DNA of 64,000 bases from assembly GCA_025451045.1 (NCBI GenBank), contig JANWLD010000003.1, positions 5,690-69,689 on the forward strand, written 5' to 3'. Each line of letters opens with the position of its first letter. Positions within the stretch are counted from its first letter, which is position 1. Below the pieces are notes generated by a model. The model was not told the origin of the DNA, did not search any database, and saw only the letters and a program-made list of their open reading frames with translations. The stretch is from Candidatus Saccharimonadales bacterium (lineage in GTDB: Bacteria > Patescibacteriota > Saccharimonadia > Saccharimonadales > 2-12-FULL-41-12). Below, piece after piece: positions 25,865 through 36,402 of this stretch. The translations under genes and the position numbers were made by a program.

Positions 25865-27187
25865 ATGCCGCAGGTTTCACCGTCAATCGAGACATTTGCA
25901 AGAATAAAAGTTGTCGGAGTGGGCGGCGCTGGTGGGGCGGCTATCAACCGCATGGTTGAAGCTGGGGTAGAGGGCGTGGAGTTCGTCGTTATAAATACCG
26001 ATGCCCAGGCCTTGCATCATTCCAAAGCCCAGACCAAAATCCACATCGGAAATGATACGACCAGAGGTCTTGGCGCCGGAGCTGACCCGTTGGTAGGCCA
26101 GAAGGCCGCTGAAGAATCAATAGAGGATATTAAAAAAGCATTAGACGGAGCCGATATGGTATTTATTACCATTGGCGCCGGCGGCGGAACCGGTAGCGGC
26201 GCCGGCCATATAGTATCCAAAATTGCCAAAGAACAGGGTTCACTGGTAGTCGGTTTTGCTACCAAACCGTTTGCTTTTGAAGGCGACAAGCGCTCCAAAA
26301 ACGCCGAAGTGGCCATTGATAATATGAGCAAATCCGTTGATACCCTGATAACTATCCCCAATGACAGATTACTGCAAACCATTGACCGTTCCACCCCTAT
26401 TTTAGAAGCTTTCAAAGTAGCCGATGACGTCCTGCGCCAAGGAGTGCAAGGCATATCCGATCTAATAACTGTGCATGGACTTATTAATCTTGACTTTGCT
26501 GACGTAAAAACGGTGATGAGTGATGCCGGTTCGGCTCTGATGGGCATCGGTAGGGCCAGTGGTGACAATCGAGCTGTCGAAGCCGCTCAACAGGCCGTTG
26601 ATTCGCCTTTGCTTGAGGTGTCAATTGATGGTGCTAGGGGCGTCCTATTTAATGTTATCGGCGGCGATGACATGTCAATGCACGAAATTAACACGGTAGC
26701 CGAAACTATCACTGCTTCGGCGGATAAAGACGCTAACATTATCTTTGGTGCTACCATCAATCCTGAACTGGAGGGCGAACTGATAGTAACCGTAGTAGCG
26801 ACTGGTTTTGAAGACTCTTACTTCTCCAAGAAAACTTCGGCTCGTTTGCGTACCTTGATTACCGAATCAGCCACCGAGGAAGAAAACGAGGAGAAAAAAT
26901 CCAAGAAACAAAAAGCCGATGACATACCCGGAGATATCGATATGGAACTGACTGACAAACAGGCCGTTGAAGAGCATGCCGATTTCCATGCCGAGGAAAC
27001 CGAGGGTACTAATATTTGGAAGAATGAAAATTCAGAAAATGACAATGATAGTAAAAAAGACAACGATAACCAATTTGTCAGTGAATCTTTTGACAACGAA
27101 GAACTCGAAAAGCCCTCTTTTCTACGCCGTTTTACTAAGCGCAAAAAAGCTGATGAAAAGGAATCTGACGATTCTGACAACGTGTAA
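25865..27187 (+). CDS. ftsZ: Cell division protein FtsZ with long acidic C-terminal extension
   Basis: Tubulin signature [11 protein letters not shown] and NTDAQAL. ~110-aa E/D/K-rich tail. Confidence 0.95.
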   Translation: MPQVSPSIETFARIKVVGVGGAGGAAINRMVEAGVEGVEFVVINTDAQALHHSKAQTKIHIGNDTTRGLGAGADPLVGQKAAEESIEDIKKALDGADMVFITIGAGGGTGSGAGHIVSKIAKEQGSLVVGFATKPFAFEGDKRSKNAEVAIDNMSKSVDTLITIPNDRLLQTIDRSTPILEAFKVADDVLRQGVQGISDLITVHGLINLDFADVKTVMSDAGSALMGIGRASGDNRAVEAAQQAVDSPLLEVSIDGARGVLFNVIGGDDMSMHEINTVAETITASADKDANIIFGATINPELEGELIVTVVATGFEDSYFSKKTSARLRTLITESATEEENEEKKSKKQKADDIPGDIDMELTDKQAVEEHADFHAEETEGTNIWKNENSENDNDSKKDNDNQFVSESFDNEELEKPSFLRRFTKRKKADEKESDDSDNV

Positions 27188-27192
27188 TTAAT

Positions 27193-27261
27193 ACACCATA
27201 TTTTCTATTGCAAAACACCATCTACAGCGTTATGATTCATAACATACACGCTATATGTAGT
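27193..27261 (+). promoter_or_regulatory. Candidate NrdR boxes upstream of nrdR-nrdJ
   Basis: ACACCATATTTTCTAT (27193-27208) and ACACGCTATATGTAGT (27246-27261) each match about 11/16 of the remembered NrdR-box consensus acaCwAtATaTwGtgt. They lie 53 bp apart. Confidence 0.3.
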
Positions 27262-27346
27262 TAAAAAGTATAGTGATCGTACATTTAAATTGAACAGATT
27301 TATTCTTCAATCGAATCAATCTTAAACCATAGGAAGGTATGCATAT

Positions 27347-27823
27347 ATGAATTGTAGTCGCTGTCATGCATCCGACACCAAGGTGATTGAATCTCGTGAT
27401 GTAGCCGGCGGAAAGTCCATAAGAAGAAGGCGCATGTGCTCTGAATGTACGCACCGCTTTACTACCTATGAACGCATTGAACGGCCGCAGCTCATTGTCG
27501 TCAAGAACAATGACGTCAGAGAAATATTTAATCGCAACAAACTGCTTGCCGGCCTTTATCGGGCCTGTGAAAAGACATCGGTTACCAGCCTGCAGCTGGA
27601 ACAGTTAGTATCGGATGTTGAGACCCAACTTTATGAATGCAGTGATCCGGAAGTTTCCACTTCAAAAATTGGCGAGCTGGTCATGGAACAGCTGTCGAAT
27701 CTTAATGAAGTAGCATATGTACGTTTCGCAAGCGTATACAGGAGGTTCAAGGACATCGCAAGCTTCGAAAAAGAGCTATCGGATATTCGAAAGAAAAAAA
27801 CAGGGTCAGTCAAGGCTCATTAA
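27347..27823 (+). CDS. nrdR: Transcriptional repressor NrdR
   Basis: N-terminal zinc ribbon CSRC...CSEC followed by an ATP-cone. Confidence 0.9.
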   Translation: MNCSRCHASDTKVIESRDVAGGKSIRRRRMCSECTHRFTTYERIERPQLIVVKNNDVREIFNRNKLLAGLYRACEKTSVTSLQLEQLVSDVETQLYECSDPEVSTSKIGELVMEQLSNLNEVAYVRFASVYRRFKDIASFEKELSDIRKKKTGSVKAH

Positions 27824-27964
27824 TCTTGATAAGTTCCCCCTAGGCTTCAAAGCTTGAAGCTTACGGAGAGCTTGTTTTCGCCAGTAATTAGAGGTGTTGC
27901 GGGCGAAGGCCGACTCTAAATAAAAATCAATAATAAAAATTAACAAATAAGACGAGGTAAAATT

Positions 27965-30760
27965 ATGAAAACAACCAGCTTAAACGTGGGTAGGCTTTTT
28001 ACTAAACCCAAAACGAAGGCCTACGACCAGCTCAAATGGTCAAAAAAGGACTCTATTATCGTTAACCCGATGACGGACACTCCTGTATTTGAACAAAAGA
28101 ACGTCGAATTCCCGGACAATTGGTCGCTAAACGCGATTAATATCGTCGCGCAAAAATATTTTACCGGTACGCCCGGTACCAAAAGCCGCGAAAGTTCGAT
28201 GAAGCAACTGATTGACAGGGTCGTTGATACGATTACCCGGCATGGCATACAAGAAGATTACTTTGACAGCGAAGCCGAAGCCGAGGATTTTAAAGAGGAA
28301 CTGAAATATATTTTGGCCACCCAGCGGGCGGCATTCAACTCGCCGGTTTGGTTCAATATCGGCGCGCCGGAACGAGCCCAACAGGCCAGCGCCTGCTTTA
28401 TCCTGGGAGTTGAAGACACTATGCCGTCGATTCTTAACTGGTACCGTGAAGAAGGTATGATCTTTAAAGGCGGTTCCGGTTCGGGAATCAACCTGAGCGG
28501 TATCCGTTCTTCGGTTGAATCGCTGGGTAAAAGCGCCGGAACGGCTTCAGGGCCGCTGAGTTTCATGCGCGGCGCGGACTCATCAGCCGGCGCTATAAAA
28601 AGCGGTGGAAAGACCCGCAGGGCCGCCAAGATGGTGATTTTAAACGCGGACCACCCCGACGTTGAGGAATTCATCTGGTGCAAGGCTATCGAAGAACGCA
28701 AAGCCAGAGTTTTGGAACAGAATGGTTTTGATATGAGCCTGGACGGCAAGGACTCTTTCTCGGTCCAGTACCAAAATGCCAATAATTCGGTCCGGGTTAC
28801 CGACGAATTCATGCAAGCCGTAATCGAAGACAAGGAATGGGACTTAAAAGCGGTCACCACCGGAAAGAGAGTCAAGACGGTTAAAGCCAAGGAACTATTC
28901 AGGGAATTCGCCAAGGCGGCGTGGGAGTGCGCCGACCCGGGAATGCAGTACGACACCACTATCAACTATTGGCATACTACACCGGTTGCCGGCAGAATAA
29001 ACGGCTCCAACCCTTGTAGTGAATACATGCATCTGGATAATTCGGCCTGTAATCTGGCTTCAATCAACCTGCTCAAATACCTTAGGGAAAACGGTACATT
29101 CGATGTTAAGTCGTTCAAACATACCGTAGAGTTAGTATTCAGCGCGCAGGAAATCCTGGTCGGTTACTCATCCTACCCAACAGAGAGTATCACCAAGAAC
29201 GCCAAAGCTTACCGCGAACTAGGACTAGGCTATGCCAACCTTGGGGCACTTTTGATGGCTCAAGGTTTGCCTTATGATTCCGACGAAGGACGAGCACAAG
29301 CCGCTGCTATAACCGCGTTGATGACAGGGCACGCTTATGCCACTAGTGCCAAACTGGCTCGCAAAGTCGGTCCGTTCACCGGTTTTCACAAGGATCAAAA
29401 AGGTATGCTCAAAGTGTTAAATCAGCACAAAGATGCCGTAAAGGATATAGATGCCAGCCTGGTCTCAGAAGAACTTTTAAGCGCGGCCACCAACTCTTGG
29501 GATGAAGCTGTAGAGCTGGCAGAACTATACGGAGTACGCAATTCCCAGGCTAGCGTACTGGCGCCTACCGGGACTATCGGCCTGATGATGGACTGTGATA
29601 CTACCGGAATCGAACCGGATTTGGGCTTGGTTAAGCTCAAGAAATTGGTCGGCGGCGGGACCATGAGTATCGTAAACAGAACGGTTCCCCGAGCACTAAA
29701 AGTACTCGGATATTCTGCAACCGAAGTCGATGATGTAATTGAGTATATTGATGTAGAAAAGACTATAACAGGCGCTCCTCACCTCAAGAAAGAACATCAA
29801 GCCGTCTTTTCCTGCTCCATGGGAGACAATGCCATACATTACTCAGGCCATGTAAAAATGATGTCGGCGGTACAACCATTTATTTCCGGCGCGATAAGCA
29901 AAACCGTAAATATGCCGGAAGATGTGAGTATTGAAGATGTCGAACAGCTTCATATTGACGCCTGGAAACTGGGGCTCAAAGCCGTGGCGATTTACCGGGA
30001 TAACTGTAAAGTAGCCCAACCGCTGGCCATGGCAAAGAAAGAGGGACAGGAAGAAAAAACCGGACAACCGGTAGTTTCAATAGCATCTGATCAGCAGTTA
30101 GTGGTTAAAGGTCCTATCCGAAGAGAAATGCCAAAGACTCGGACAGCTACGACTTTTGAGTTCAACGTTGCCGGCAGCAAGGGCTTTATCACCGTAGGAG
30201 AATTTGAAGACGGTACTCCAGGTGAAATCTTTGTAAAAATAGCCAAGCAAGGTTCTACTTTGTCCGGAGTGATGGAATCACTGGCTATATCCGTAAGTTA
30301 CGGCCTACAATACGGCGTGCCTCTGAAGAGCTATGTCCATGCGTTAACCAATATGACTTTCGCGCCGGCCGGACTTACCGACGATTCTGAAATCAAGACC
30401 GCGACTTCGCTCGTAGATTACATCTTTAAACGGTTGGCCCATACTTACTTGTCGTTTGATGACAAGCTTGAACTGGGACTGGCATCAATAGATGACATGC
30501 CTGAAACGCAAACCAGCTTGCTTGAAGAAAGTAAATCTAGCGTACCGGAAGTCAAAGGACCTGTGTTGCTGAAGGAAGACCCGGTAATTAAAGAACAAAT
30601 TAAGCCTGCTGAAACTCCAGCGCAAGAGGACAACACGCCTAAAAAATCCGTCAAGAAAGATGACACCGCCCCTATGTGCTATAACTGCGGTAATCAGACG
30701 CAGCGTTCGGGTTCGTGCTATGTCTGTACATCCTGCGGCTCCACAACTGGCTGCTCCTAG
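27965..30760 (+). CDS. nrdJ: Ribonucleotide reductase, class II (adenosylcobalamin-dependent)
   Basis: 931 aa. Active-site loop GSNPCSEY...SACNLASINL. C-terminal Cys tail CYNCG...CYVCTSCGSTTGC. Confidence 0.9.
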   Translation: MKTTSLNVGRLFTKPKTKAYDQLKWSKKDSIIVNPMTDTPVFEQKNVEFPDNWSLNAINIVAQKYFTGTPGTKSRESSMKQLIDRVVDTITRHGIQEDYFDSEAEAEDFKEELKYILATQRAAFNSPVWFNIGAPERAQQASACFILGVEDTMPSILNWYREEGMIFKGGSGSGINLSGIRSSVESLGKSAGTASGPLSFMRGADSSAGAIKSGGKTRRAAKMVILNADHPDVEEFIWCKAIEERKARVLEQNGFDMSLDGKDSFSVQYQNANNSVRVTDEFMQAVIEDKEWDLKAVTTGKRVKTVKAKELFREFAKAAWECADPGMQYDTTINYWHTTPVAGRINGSNPCSEYMHLDNSACNLASINLLKYLRENGTFDVKSFKHTVELVFSAQEILVGYSSYPTESITKNAKAYRELGLGYANLGALLMAQGLPYDSDEGRAQAAAITALMTGHAYATSAKLARKVGPFTGFHKDQKGMLKVLNQHKDAVKDIDASLVSEELLSAATNSWDEAVELAELYGVRNSQASVLAPTGTIGLMMDCDTTGIEPDLGLVKLKKLVGGGTMSIVNRTVPRALKVLGYSATEVDDVIEYIDVEKTITGAPHLKKEHQAVFSCSMGDNAIHYSGHVKMMSAVQPFISGAISKTVNMPEDVSIEDVEQLHIDAWKLGLKAVAIYRDNCKVAQPLAMAKKEGQEEKTGQPVVSIASDQQLVVKGPIRREMPKTRTATTFEFNVAGSKGFITVGEFEDGTPGEIFVKIAKQGSTLSGVMESLAISVSYGLQYGVPLKSYVHALTNMTFAPAGLTDDSEIKTATSLVDYIFKRLAHTYLSFDDKLELGLASIDDMPETQTSLLEESKSSVPEVKGPVLLKEDPVIKEQIKPAETPAQEDNTPKKSVKKDDTAPMCYNCGNQTQRSGSCYVCTSCGSTTGCS

Positions 30761-30773
30761 AGCAATCCGCCGC

Positions 30774-30810
30774 GCCGGCCTGCTTCCGGCAGAGCCGGAA
30801 CTCCGCCGGC
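30774..30810 (+). repeat. Conserved hairpin motif, copy B (14 nt after the nrdJ stop)
   Basis: GCCGGC-CTGC-TTCCGGC-AGA-GCCGGAA-CTCC-GCCGGC. Same inner stem and internal loop as copy A, with a different but still complementary outer stem. Confidence 0.8.
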
Positions 30811-31080
30811 ACTCTCGATGCTGAGCGTTGTTATGAACTCCAATGCTCCTTCATCGTATTAATTATACGATTCAGTGCGCGTTTCGCTCATGCCTAGCTC
30901 AAGCACCGAGCGGCCTTACTCTAGGTGTAATTCTATAAGGCTGCTCTTCCCTAAGACAAAAACTGTGTCGTACATTTGTCTGTATAACCCTAGGTTGTTT
31001 TTCCTTGTGCTTCATACTTCATACGCAATACCTCATACGACTGCTTGACCCTGTAACCTAGAAGCTATAACCTAAGTACT

Positions 31081-31350
31081 ATGAAGGTGGTTATTCTTTA
31101 TCGGCCAGATTCCGAAGGAGCTAGAATTGTCGAAGATTTCGCGCACGAGTTTGCCCGGCGCTACGAAGACAGAAAACTGGAATTGGTAAGCGTCGATACA
31201 CGTGACGGCTCAGCTACCGCTACCCTATATGATGTTATGAAATGCCCGGCAGTGTTAGCTCTAACCGACGATGGCCAGGTTTTGCACGAATGGCAGGGCG
31301 ATTCAATGCCGCTTCTAAATGAAGTCTCATACTACGCTACCACCGGTTAA
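31081..31350 (+). CDS. Hypothetical small protein (89 aa)
   Basis: Intact ORF upstream of ileS. No catalytic motif recognised. Confidence 0.5.
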   Translation: MKVVILYRPDSEGARIVEDFAHEFARRYEDRKLELVSVDTRDGSATATLYDVMKCPAVLALTDDGQVLHEWQGDSMPLLNEVSYYATTG

Positions 31351-31351
31351 G

Positions 31352-31360
31352 TGCTATAAT
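31352..31360 (+). promoter_or_regulatory. Extended -10 element immediately upstream of the ileS start
   Basis: TGCTATAAT. The last base is 9 nt before the GTG at 31369. Confidence 0.4.
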
Positions 31361-31368
31361 TTAGCGAA

Positions 31369-34290
31369 GTGAAATACAGGTCCGGCACCAGACGAAAAGC
31401 CATAGACTACGAAAGATCTTGGGTCAAAAAATGGAAAAAAGCCAAAGTCTTTGAGCAGTCGGTTTCAATGCGCCCAAAGGAAAATTCCTTTGTTTTTTAT
31501 GACGGCCCGCCGTTTATAACGGGGGTACCGCACCATGGTACGCTGCTGACTAGTATAGTCAAAGACGCCGTGCCTAGATATCAAACCATGAAAGGCAAGC
31601 GGGTAGAACGTGTCTGGGGCTGGGATTGCCACGGCCTGCCAGCCGAGGTTTTCACCGAAGAAAAACTTGGTATCAAAGACAAACGTGATATCGGCACCAA
31701 AGTCAGCTTGGAAGAATATATAACCACTTGCAGGGCCAACATGGTCCAGACCGGCAGTCTATGGGAAGATACTATCGACCGCGTTGGCCGCTGGGTGGAT
31801 TTTGAGGGTGCCTATAAAACCATGGACAAAGATTACATGGAATCGGTGTGGTGGGCTTTTAAACAGCTGTATGAAAAGGGCAAAATTTACGAAGGCGAAA
31901 AAGTTCTGCTGTATTGTACCCGTGATGCCACGCCCATCAGCAAGGCCGAAGTCGCCATGGATAACTCTTATCAGGATGTTACCGATCCGAGCGTTTACGC
32001 CAAATTCAAACTGAAAGATTCCGATTCATATCTTTTAGCCTGGACGACAACTCCTTGGACCCTGCCTAGTAACAGCGCCATCGCCATCAACAAAGATATA
32101 ACTTACGCTGAGGTCGAATTGGACGGCCAAAGATACATCTTAGCTGAAAAACTGCTGGACAAGGCCCTGACTGATGAAAAACACCAGAAACTTGACTATG
32201 AGGTTATCAAGACTTTCAAAGGCAAAGAACTCGTCGGCAAAGCCTATGAGCCGTTATTTGATACTTACACAGATATCGGCAAGGATGCCTTCAAAGTTTG
32301 GCATGCCGACTTCGTCCACGCCGAAGAAGGTACTGGTATTGCCCACGAGTCACCAGCTTACGGAGAGGAAGACTATCAGCTTAGTAAAGAAAACAATTTT
32401 CCATGGGTGATAAGTACCGATGAAAACGGTTTTTATACAGGCGGACTATATAAAGGCAAGAATATCTGGGAAGTCAACAAAGAGATAGCCAAAACGCTTT
32501 TGAGCGAAGGCAAGGCGCTTAAAATCGATTACATAACCCATAGTTATCCGCATTGCCACCGTTGTGGCACGAGGCTGATGTATAGGGCCCATCCAAGCTG
32601 GTTCATGGATATTGATGGCCAACGCAGTGAAATGTTAGAAAAAAATGGTGGGATAAACTGGTTTCCAAAGCACATTAAGCACGGCCGGTTTGCCAAGACC
32701 GTCGAGACAGCACCGGATTGGAACCTCAGCCGCGACCGTTTCTGGGCGACAGCCATGCCGGTTTGGAAAGGCAAAGACAGTGCCGGCAAGGAACATATCA
32801 AAGTAATCGGCAGCTATGAGGAGCTACAGCAGTTATCAGGCAAGACGCTGGAAGATTACCACCGGCCTTGGGTAGATGATATAACCTTTGAAATCGACGG
32901 CGTAAAATACCGGCGGATTGAAAAAGTATTAGACTGCTGGTTTGAGTCCGGCTCGATGCCGTTCGCCCAATACCATTACCCCTTTGAGAACGTTAAGAAA
33001 TTCGAAGAGAATTTTCCCTGTGATTTCATCGTCGAGTATGTTCCGCAGGTACGGGCTTGGTTTTATTACATGCACGCCGTATCAGTCGGACTGTTTGGCG
33101 ACGAAGCGTTTAAAAATGTTATAGTCCATGGCACCATCGCTGGCAATGATGGCCGCAAGATGAGTAAAAGTTATGGCAATTACACCGATCCATCGGAGCT
33201 GATGGATAAGTATTCGGCCGACGCCCTACGGTTTTTATTCCTGAGCTCGCCGCTTTTAAACGGCGAGGATTTCTCACTGTTGGACAAAGATGTCGCTGAT
33301 GTGGCGCGCAAACTGGGCATGATATGGAATATGTACGACTTCTTTACTTTGTACGCGGAGGTTGACAAGTGGGAATGGAATCCGCCGGTAAGCGGCCCAG
33401 CCCAGCTAGCCGACCCTACGCCGGAGCTATCCAACCTGCTCGATATTTGGATTATTTCCCGGCTTCATCAGCTTACCCGCCAGATTGACGAACATATGGG
33501 CAAATACGACATCCCAAATGCTTTAAAACCGGTTCTGGGCTTTATCGATGACGCGTCAAATTGGTATGTACGGCGGTCGCGCAAGCGCTTTTGGAAAAGC
33601 GAGGATGATGACGACAAAGCTGATGCTTACCAGACGCTACATTACATCCTGACCCAGCTAAGCATTATATTGGCGCCGTTCACGCCGTTTTTGGCCGAGG
33701 AGCTATATACCAAGCTGACGGGCGGGGAATCGGTCCATCTGCTGGACTGGCCAAAGGTCGGGCATGTCAACGAGCTGGTAATCGAAGCCATGGATTTCAC
33801 CAAACAGGTGGTCAATGAAGGGCTGTCTCTCAGGGCGCAAGCCGGAATAAAGGTTCGCCAACCGTTGGCCAAGGTGAGCATCAGTGGAGCGAAAGACATC
33901 TTTGTAAAGAGTGAAAACGAGCTTTACCGCATGATTATCTGCGAGGAATTGAACATTAAAGACATAGACTGGTCAACTAAAGGCGAATGGTCGGTTAGCT
34001 TGGATACCAAGATAACTCCGGCATTAAAGAAAGAAGGCGTTGCCAGGGAGATAATCAGGTATGTTCAAAATGCCCGCAAAGAAGCTGGCCTGAACGTTGA
34101 TGACCGGATAATCTTATCGCTTGCCACCGGTGACTCAGGCATTGAAAAAGCCATAAAAGACCACGAAAAGACCATCATGCATGAAACTTTGGCCGTTAAG
34201 CTTATTGCTAAGGAACAAAAACTCTTTTCCAAAGAAGTTGAGATAGAAGGCAGTAAACTGAACGTATCCTTGGATAGATACAAAGCTTAA
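31369..34290 (+). CDS. ileS: Isoleucyl-tRNA synthetase (type 2-like)
   Basis: YDGPPFITGVPHHGTLL (HIGH region), KMSKS, 973 aa. The GTG start is needed to retain the conserved N-terminal helix (ERSWVKKWKKAKVFEQS). Confidence 0.9.
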   Translation: MKYRSGTRRKAIDYERSWVKKWKKAKVFEQSVSMRPKENSFVFYDGPPFITGVPHHGTLLTSIVKDAVPRYQTMKGKRVERVWGWDCHGLPAEVFTEEKLGIKDKRDIGTKVSLEEYITTCRANMVQTGSLWEDTIDRVGRWVDFEGAYKTMDKDYMESVWWAFKQLYEKGKIYEGEKVLLYCTRDATPISKAEVAMDNSYQDVTDPSVYAKFKLKDSDSYLLAWTTTPWTLPSNSAIAINKDITYAEVELDGQRYILAEKLLDKALTDEKHQKLDYEVIKTFKGKELVGKAYEPLFDTYTDIGKDAFKVWHADFVHAEEGTGIAHESPAYGEEDYQLSKENNFPWVISTDENGFYTGGLYKGKNIWEVNKEIAKTLLSEGKALKIDYITHSYPHCHRCGTRLMYRAHPSWFMDIDGQRSEMLEKNGGINWFPKHIKHGRFAKTVETAPDWNLSRDRFWATAMPVWKGKDSAGKEHIKVIGSYEELQQLSGKTLEDYHRPWVDDITFEIDGVKYRRIEKVLDCWFESGSMPFAQYHYPFENVKKFEENFPCDFIVEYVPQVRAWFYYMHAVSVGLFGDEAFKNVIVHGTIAGNDGRKMSKSYGNYTDPSELMDKYSADALRFLFLSSPLLNGEDFSLLDKDVADVARKLGMIWNMYDFFTLYAEVDKWEWNPPVSGPAQLADPTPELSNLLDIWIISRLHQLTRQIDEHMGKYDIPNALKPVLGFIDDASNWYVRRSRKRFWKSEDDDDKADAYQTLHYILTQLSIILAPFTPFLAEELYTKLTGGESVHLLDWPKVGHVNELVIEAMDFTKQVVNEGLSLRAQAGIKVRQPLAKVSISGAKDIFVKSENELYRMIICEELNIKDIDWSTKGEWSVSLDTKITPALKKEGVAREIIRYVQNARKEAGLNVDDRIILSLATGDSGIEKAIKDHEKTIMHETLAVKLIAKEQKLFSKEVEIEGSKLNVSLDRYKA

Positions 34291-34358
34291 CTTTACAGAT
34301 ATGGCGTTCTCTGTTAGAATTTCTTGAACTACTTATAAAAATTAAGCTTAGGTATCAC

Positions 34359-34667
34359 ATGAAAAAAGCGGTTATTATATCAGGCGGAAAGCAGTATTTG
34401 GTCAAAAAAGACGACCAGATAGACGTTGAGTTGCTTAATACCGACAAAAAGACCATCACTTTTGAACCCCTGTTAGTTTACGATGAAAAAGACGTGAAAG
34501 TCGGTAAGCCTACGGTAGAAGGCGCCAAAGTTACCGCTGAAATCATCAATGTCGAGAAACAAGCCGACAAAGTCACCTCAATTCGTTATAAAGCCAAGAA
34601 GCGGGTCAGAAAAGTCCGCGGCCATCGCCAAAAACACGCTACGATAAAGATCAGCTCAATTTCTTAA
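34359..34667 (+). CDS. rplU: 50S ribosomal protein L21
   Basis: MKKAVIISGGKQYLVKKDD..., a typical L21. Confidence 0.9.
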   Translation: MKKAVIISGGKQYLVKKDDQIDVELLNTDKKTITFEPLLVYDEKDVKVGKPTVEGAKVTAEIINVEKQADKVTSIRYKAKKRVRKVRGHRQKHATIKISSIS

Positions 34668-34778
34668 GCCGTATAGTATTAGTATTATCCGGCTAGCCAT
34701 ATAATACAAGAAGATTCAACACGTTTTACCAAAGCTGTCGGACATGTTAGTGTAGGGTTTGTAGTAGCGAGGGTCAGC

Positions 34779-35552
34779 TTGAAACAAAAAAAGACGATTG
34801 CGGTATTAAACCAAAAGGGCGGAGTGGGCAAGACCACGACCTCTATAAATTTGGCAGCTTATCTGGCTAAAGAGAAAAGGCGGGTACTGGTAGTAGATGC
34901 CGATCCGCAGGGCAATGCCACGAGCGGCCTTGGTATCATCAGCGGCCGTCTCAAAGCCAGCTTGGCGGATGTTTTAACTGGGGCGGATGGCTCGAAAAGC
35001 GTTATTATCAAGACGAAAATAAAAGACCTCGATTTATTGCCGTGTGATAACCGTCTGGCCAGTTCCGAAGTAGACCTGGCCGGTATGCAGAACCGGGAGT
35101 CGGCGTTAAAAAATGTATTGAGTGATGCAACAGCCTATGACTACGTGTTAATTGACTGCCCGCCGTCACTGGGCCTGCTTACCATTAACGCCTTGGTGGC
35201 TGCCGAGCTGGTGCTAATACCGGTTCAGGCGGAATATTACGCGCTGGAAGGTTTGAGCCAACTCCTGCAAGTGATGCAACAGGTTAGAAAAGGGCTTAAT
35301 TCGGATTTGGAGCTGCTCGGGGTAGTGATGACAATGTTTGACAAGCGGACAAGCCTGGCCACCCAGGTATATAATGAAGTAAAGCGGCATTTCTCGGACA
35401 AGCTGTTTGATGTCGTTATACCGCGCAACGTGCGGCTGGCCGAAGCGCCCAGCTTTGGCAAGCCGATATCGGAACATGACAAATGGAGTAAAGGCGCGCG
35501 GGCCTATAAGGCGTTAGCCAAGGAGATAATCACCCGTTGTGAGCAAGAATAA
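34779..35552 (+). CDS. parA: Chromosome partitioning ATPase ParA/Soj
   Basis: Deviant Walker A NQKGGVGKTT. TTG start. Confidence 0.85.
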   Translation: MKQKKTIAVLNQKGGVGKTTTSINLAAYLAKEKRRVLVVDADPQGNATSGLGIISGRLKASLADVLTGADGSKSVIIKTKIKDLDLLPCDNRLASSEVDLAGMQNRESALKNVLSDATAYDYVLIDCPPSLGLLTINALVAAELVLIPVQAEYYALEGLSQLLQVMQQVRKGLNSDLELLGVVMTMFDKRTSLATQVYNEVKRHFSDKLFDVVIPRNVRLAEAPSFGKPISEHDKWSKGARAYKALAKEIITRCEQE

Positions 35553-36402
35553 AGGCTTAGGCAAGGATTTCGGCAGCCTGTTGCCGGATGATTTTGACCG
35601 ATCGCTACTACTCGATAAAAAAGACCGGCTGTACAAAGTAGCAATGACCGAGATAAAAGCCAATCCGAACCAACCGCGGAAACACTTTGATAAAGTAGCG
35701 CTTGATGAGCTGGCGGCCTCGATAAAGACCTACGGTTTATTGCAGCCGATAGTCCTGTCGCCTGAGGGGGACGGATATGTAATCATCGCCGGGGAACGGC
35801 GCTTCCGGGCGGCGAAATTAGTTGGCCTGCAGGAGATAAACGCTCTGGTTCGCTCCAGCGAGGAGTTGGAACGAATAGAAATCGGACTGGTTGAAAACGT
35901 CCAGCGAGAGGACTTATCACCTTTAGAACAAGCAATTTCTATCGTACGGCTACGCGAGCAGTTCAACATGGAATACAAAGACATCGCCAAGCGACTGGGC
36001 AAGGGATTGTCGACGATTACCAATATTGTCAGACTGTTGCAACTACCGGAAAAAGCCAGAAAAGCCCTGGAAACCAAGCAGATAAGCGAAGGCCATGCCC
36101 GCACCATCCTGTCGCTCAAAGACAGTCCGAGCCTGCAAGAAGAACTTTTGGACGGAATCATCAAAAAAGGCTGGTCGGTCCGGGCGGCCGAGCGGTTTGC
36201 CGCCGACGCCAAACAGCGCGAAGGCGTAGGTACGCCGACCAAACTGGTCGTTTCCAGCCAATATCTGGAAAAATCCAAAGATTTGGCCAAAAAACTGTCG
36301 GCTCAGGTCAATATCAAGCCGCTTCGCTATGGCGGGCGGATAGAAATTGGCTATAAATCGGAAAAAGAACTGGCTAAAATCCTAGACGATCTGATGAAAT
36401 AA
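35539..36402 (+). CDS. parB: Chromosome partitioning protein ParB/Spo0J
   Basis: ParB box IIAGERRFRAAK, an HTH region, and a GTG start overlapping parA. Confidence 0.85.
   Translation: MSKNKGLGKDFGSLLPDDFDRSLLLDKKDRLYKVAMTEIKANPNQPRKHFDKVALDELAASIKTYGLLQPIVLSPEGDGYVIIAGERRFRAAKLVGLQEINALVRSSEELERIEIGLVENVQREDLSPLEQAISIVRLREQFNMEYKDIAKRLGKGLSTITNIVRLLQLPEKARKALETKQISEGHARTILSLKDSPSLQEELLDGIIKKGWSVRAAERFAADAKQREGVGTPTKLVVSSQYLEKSKDLAKKLSAQVNIKPLRYGGRIEIGYKSEKELAKILDDLMK

Noticed and set aside
27824-27964. Cobalamin riboswitch upstream of the B12-dependent nrdJ
   Set aside because: I could find no B12-box-like core or the expected multi-stem junction, only two short hairpins. B12 riboswitches normally control B12-independent isozymes or transport, not nrdJ.
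28258-28965. 235-aa minus-strand ORF
   Set aside because: It is antisense to nrdJ, whose frame carries clear RNR motifs.
31290-31368. T-box leaders upstream of ileS (and likewise proS, lysK, serS)
   Set aside because: The upstream gaps are 13-25 nt or occupied by a coding gene. No T-box sequence (AANNNGGGTGGTACCGCG-type) is seen.
34705-34735. parS site upstream of parA (TTCAACACGTTTTACC)
   Set aside because: Only the central ACGT core resembles TGTTNCACGTGAAACA, and the half-sites do not match.
35730-36290. 186-aa minus-strand ORF
   Set aside because: It is antisense to parB, and parB motifs are unambiguous in the plus frame.
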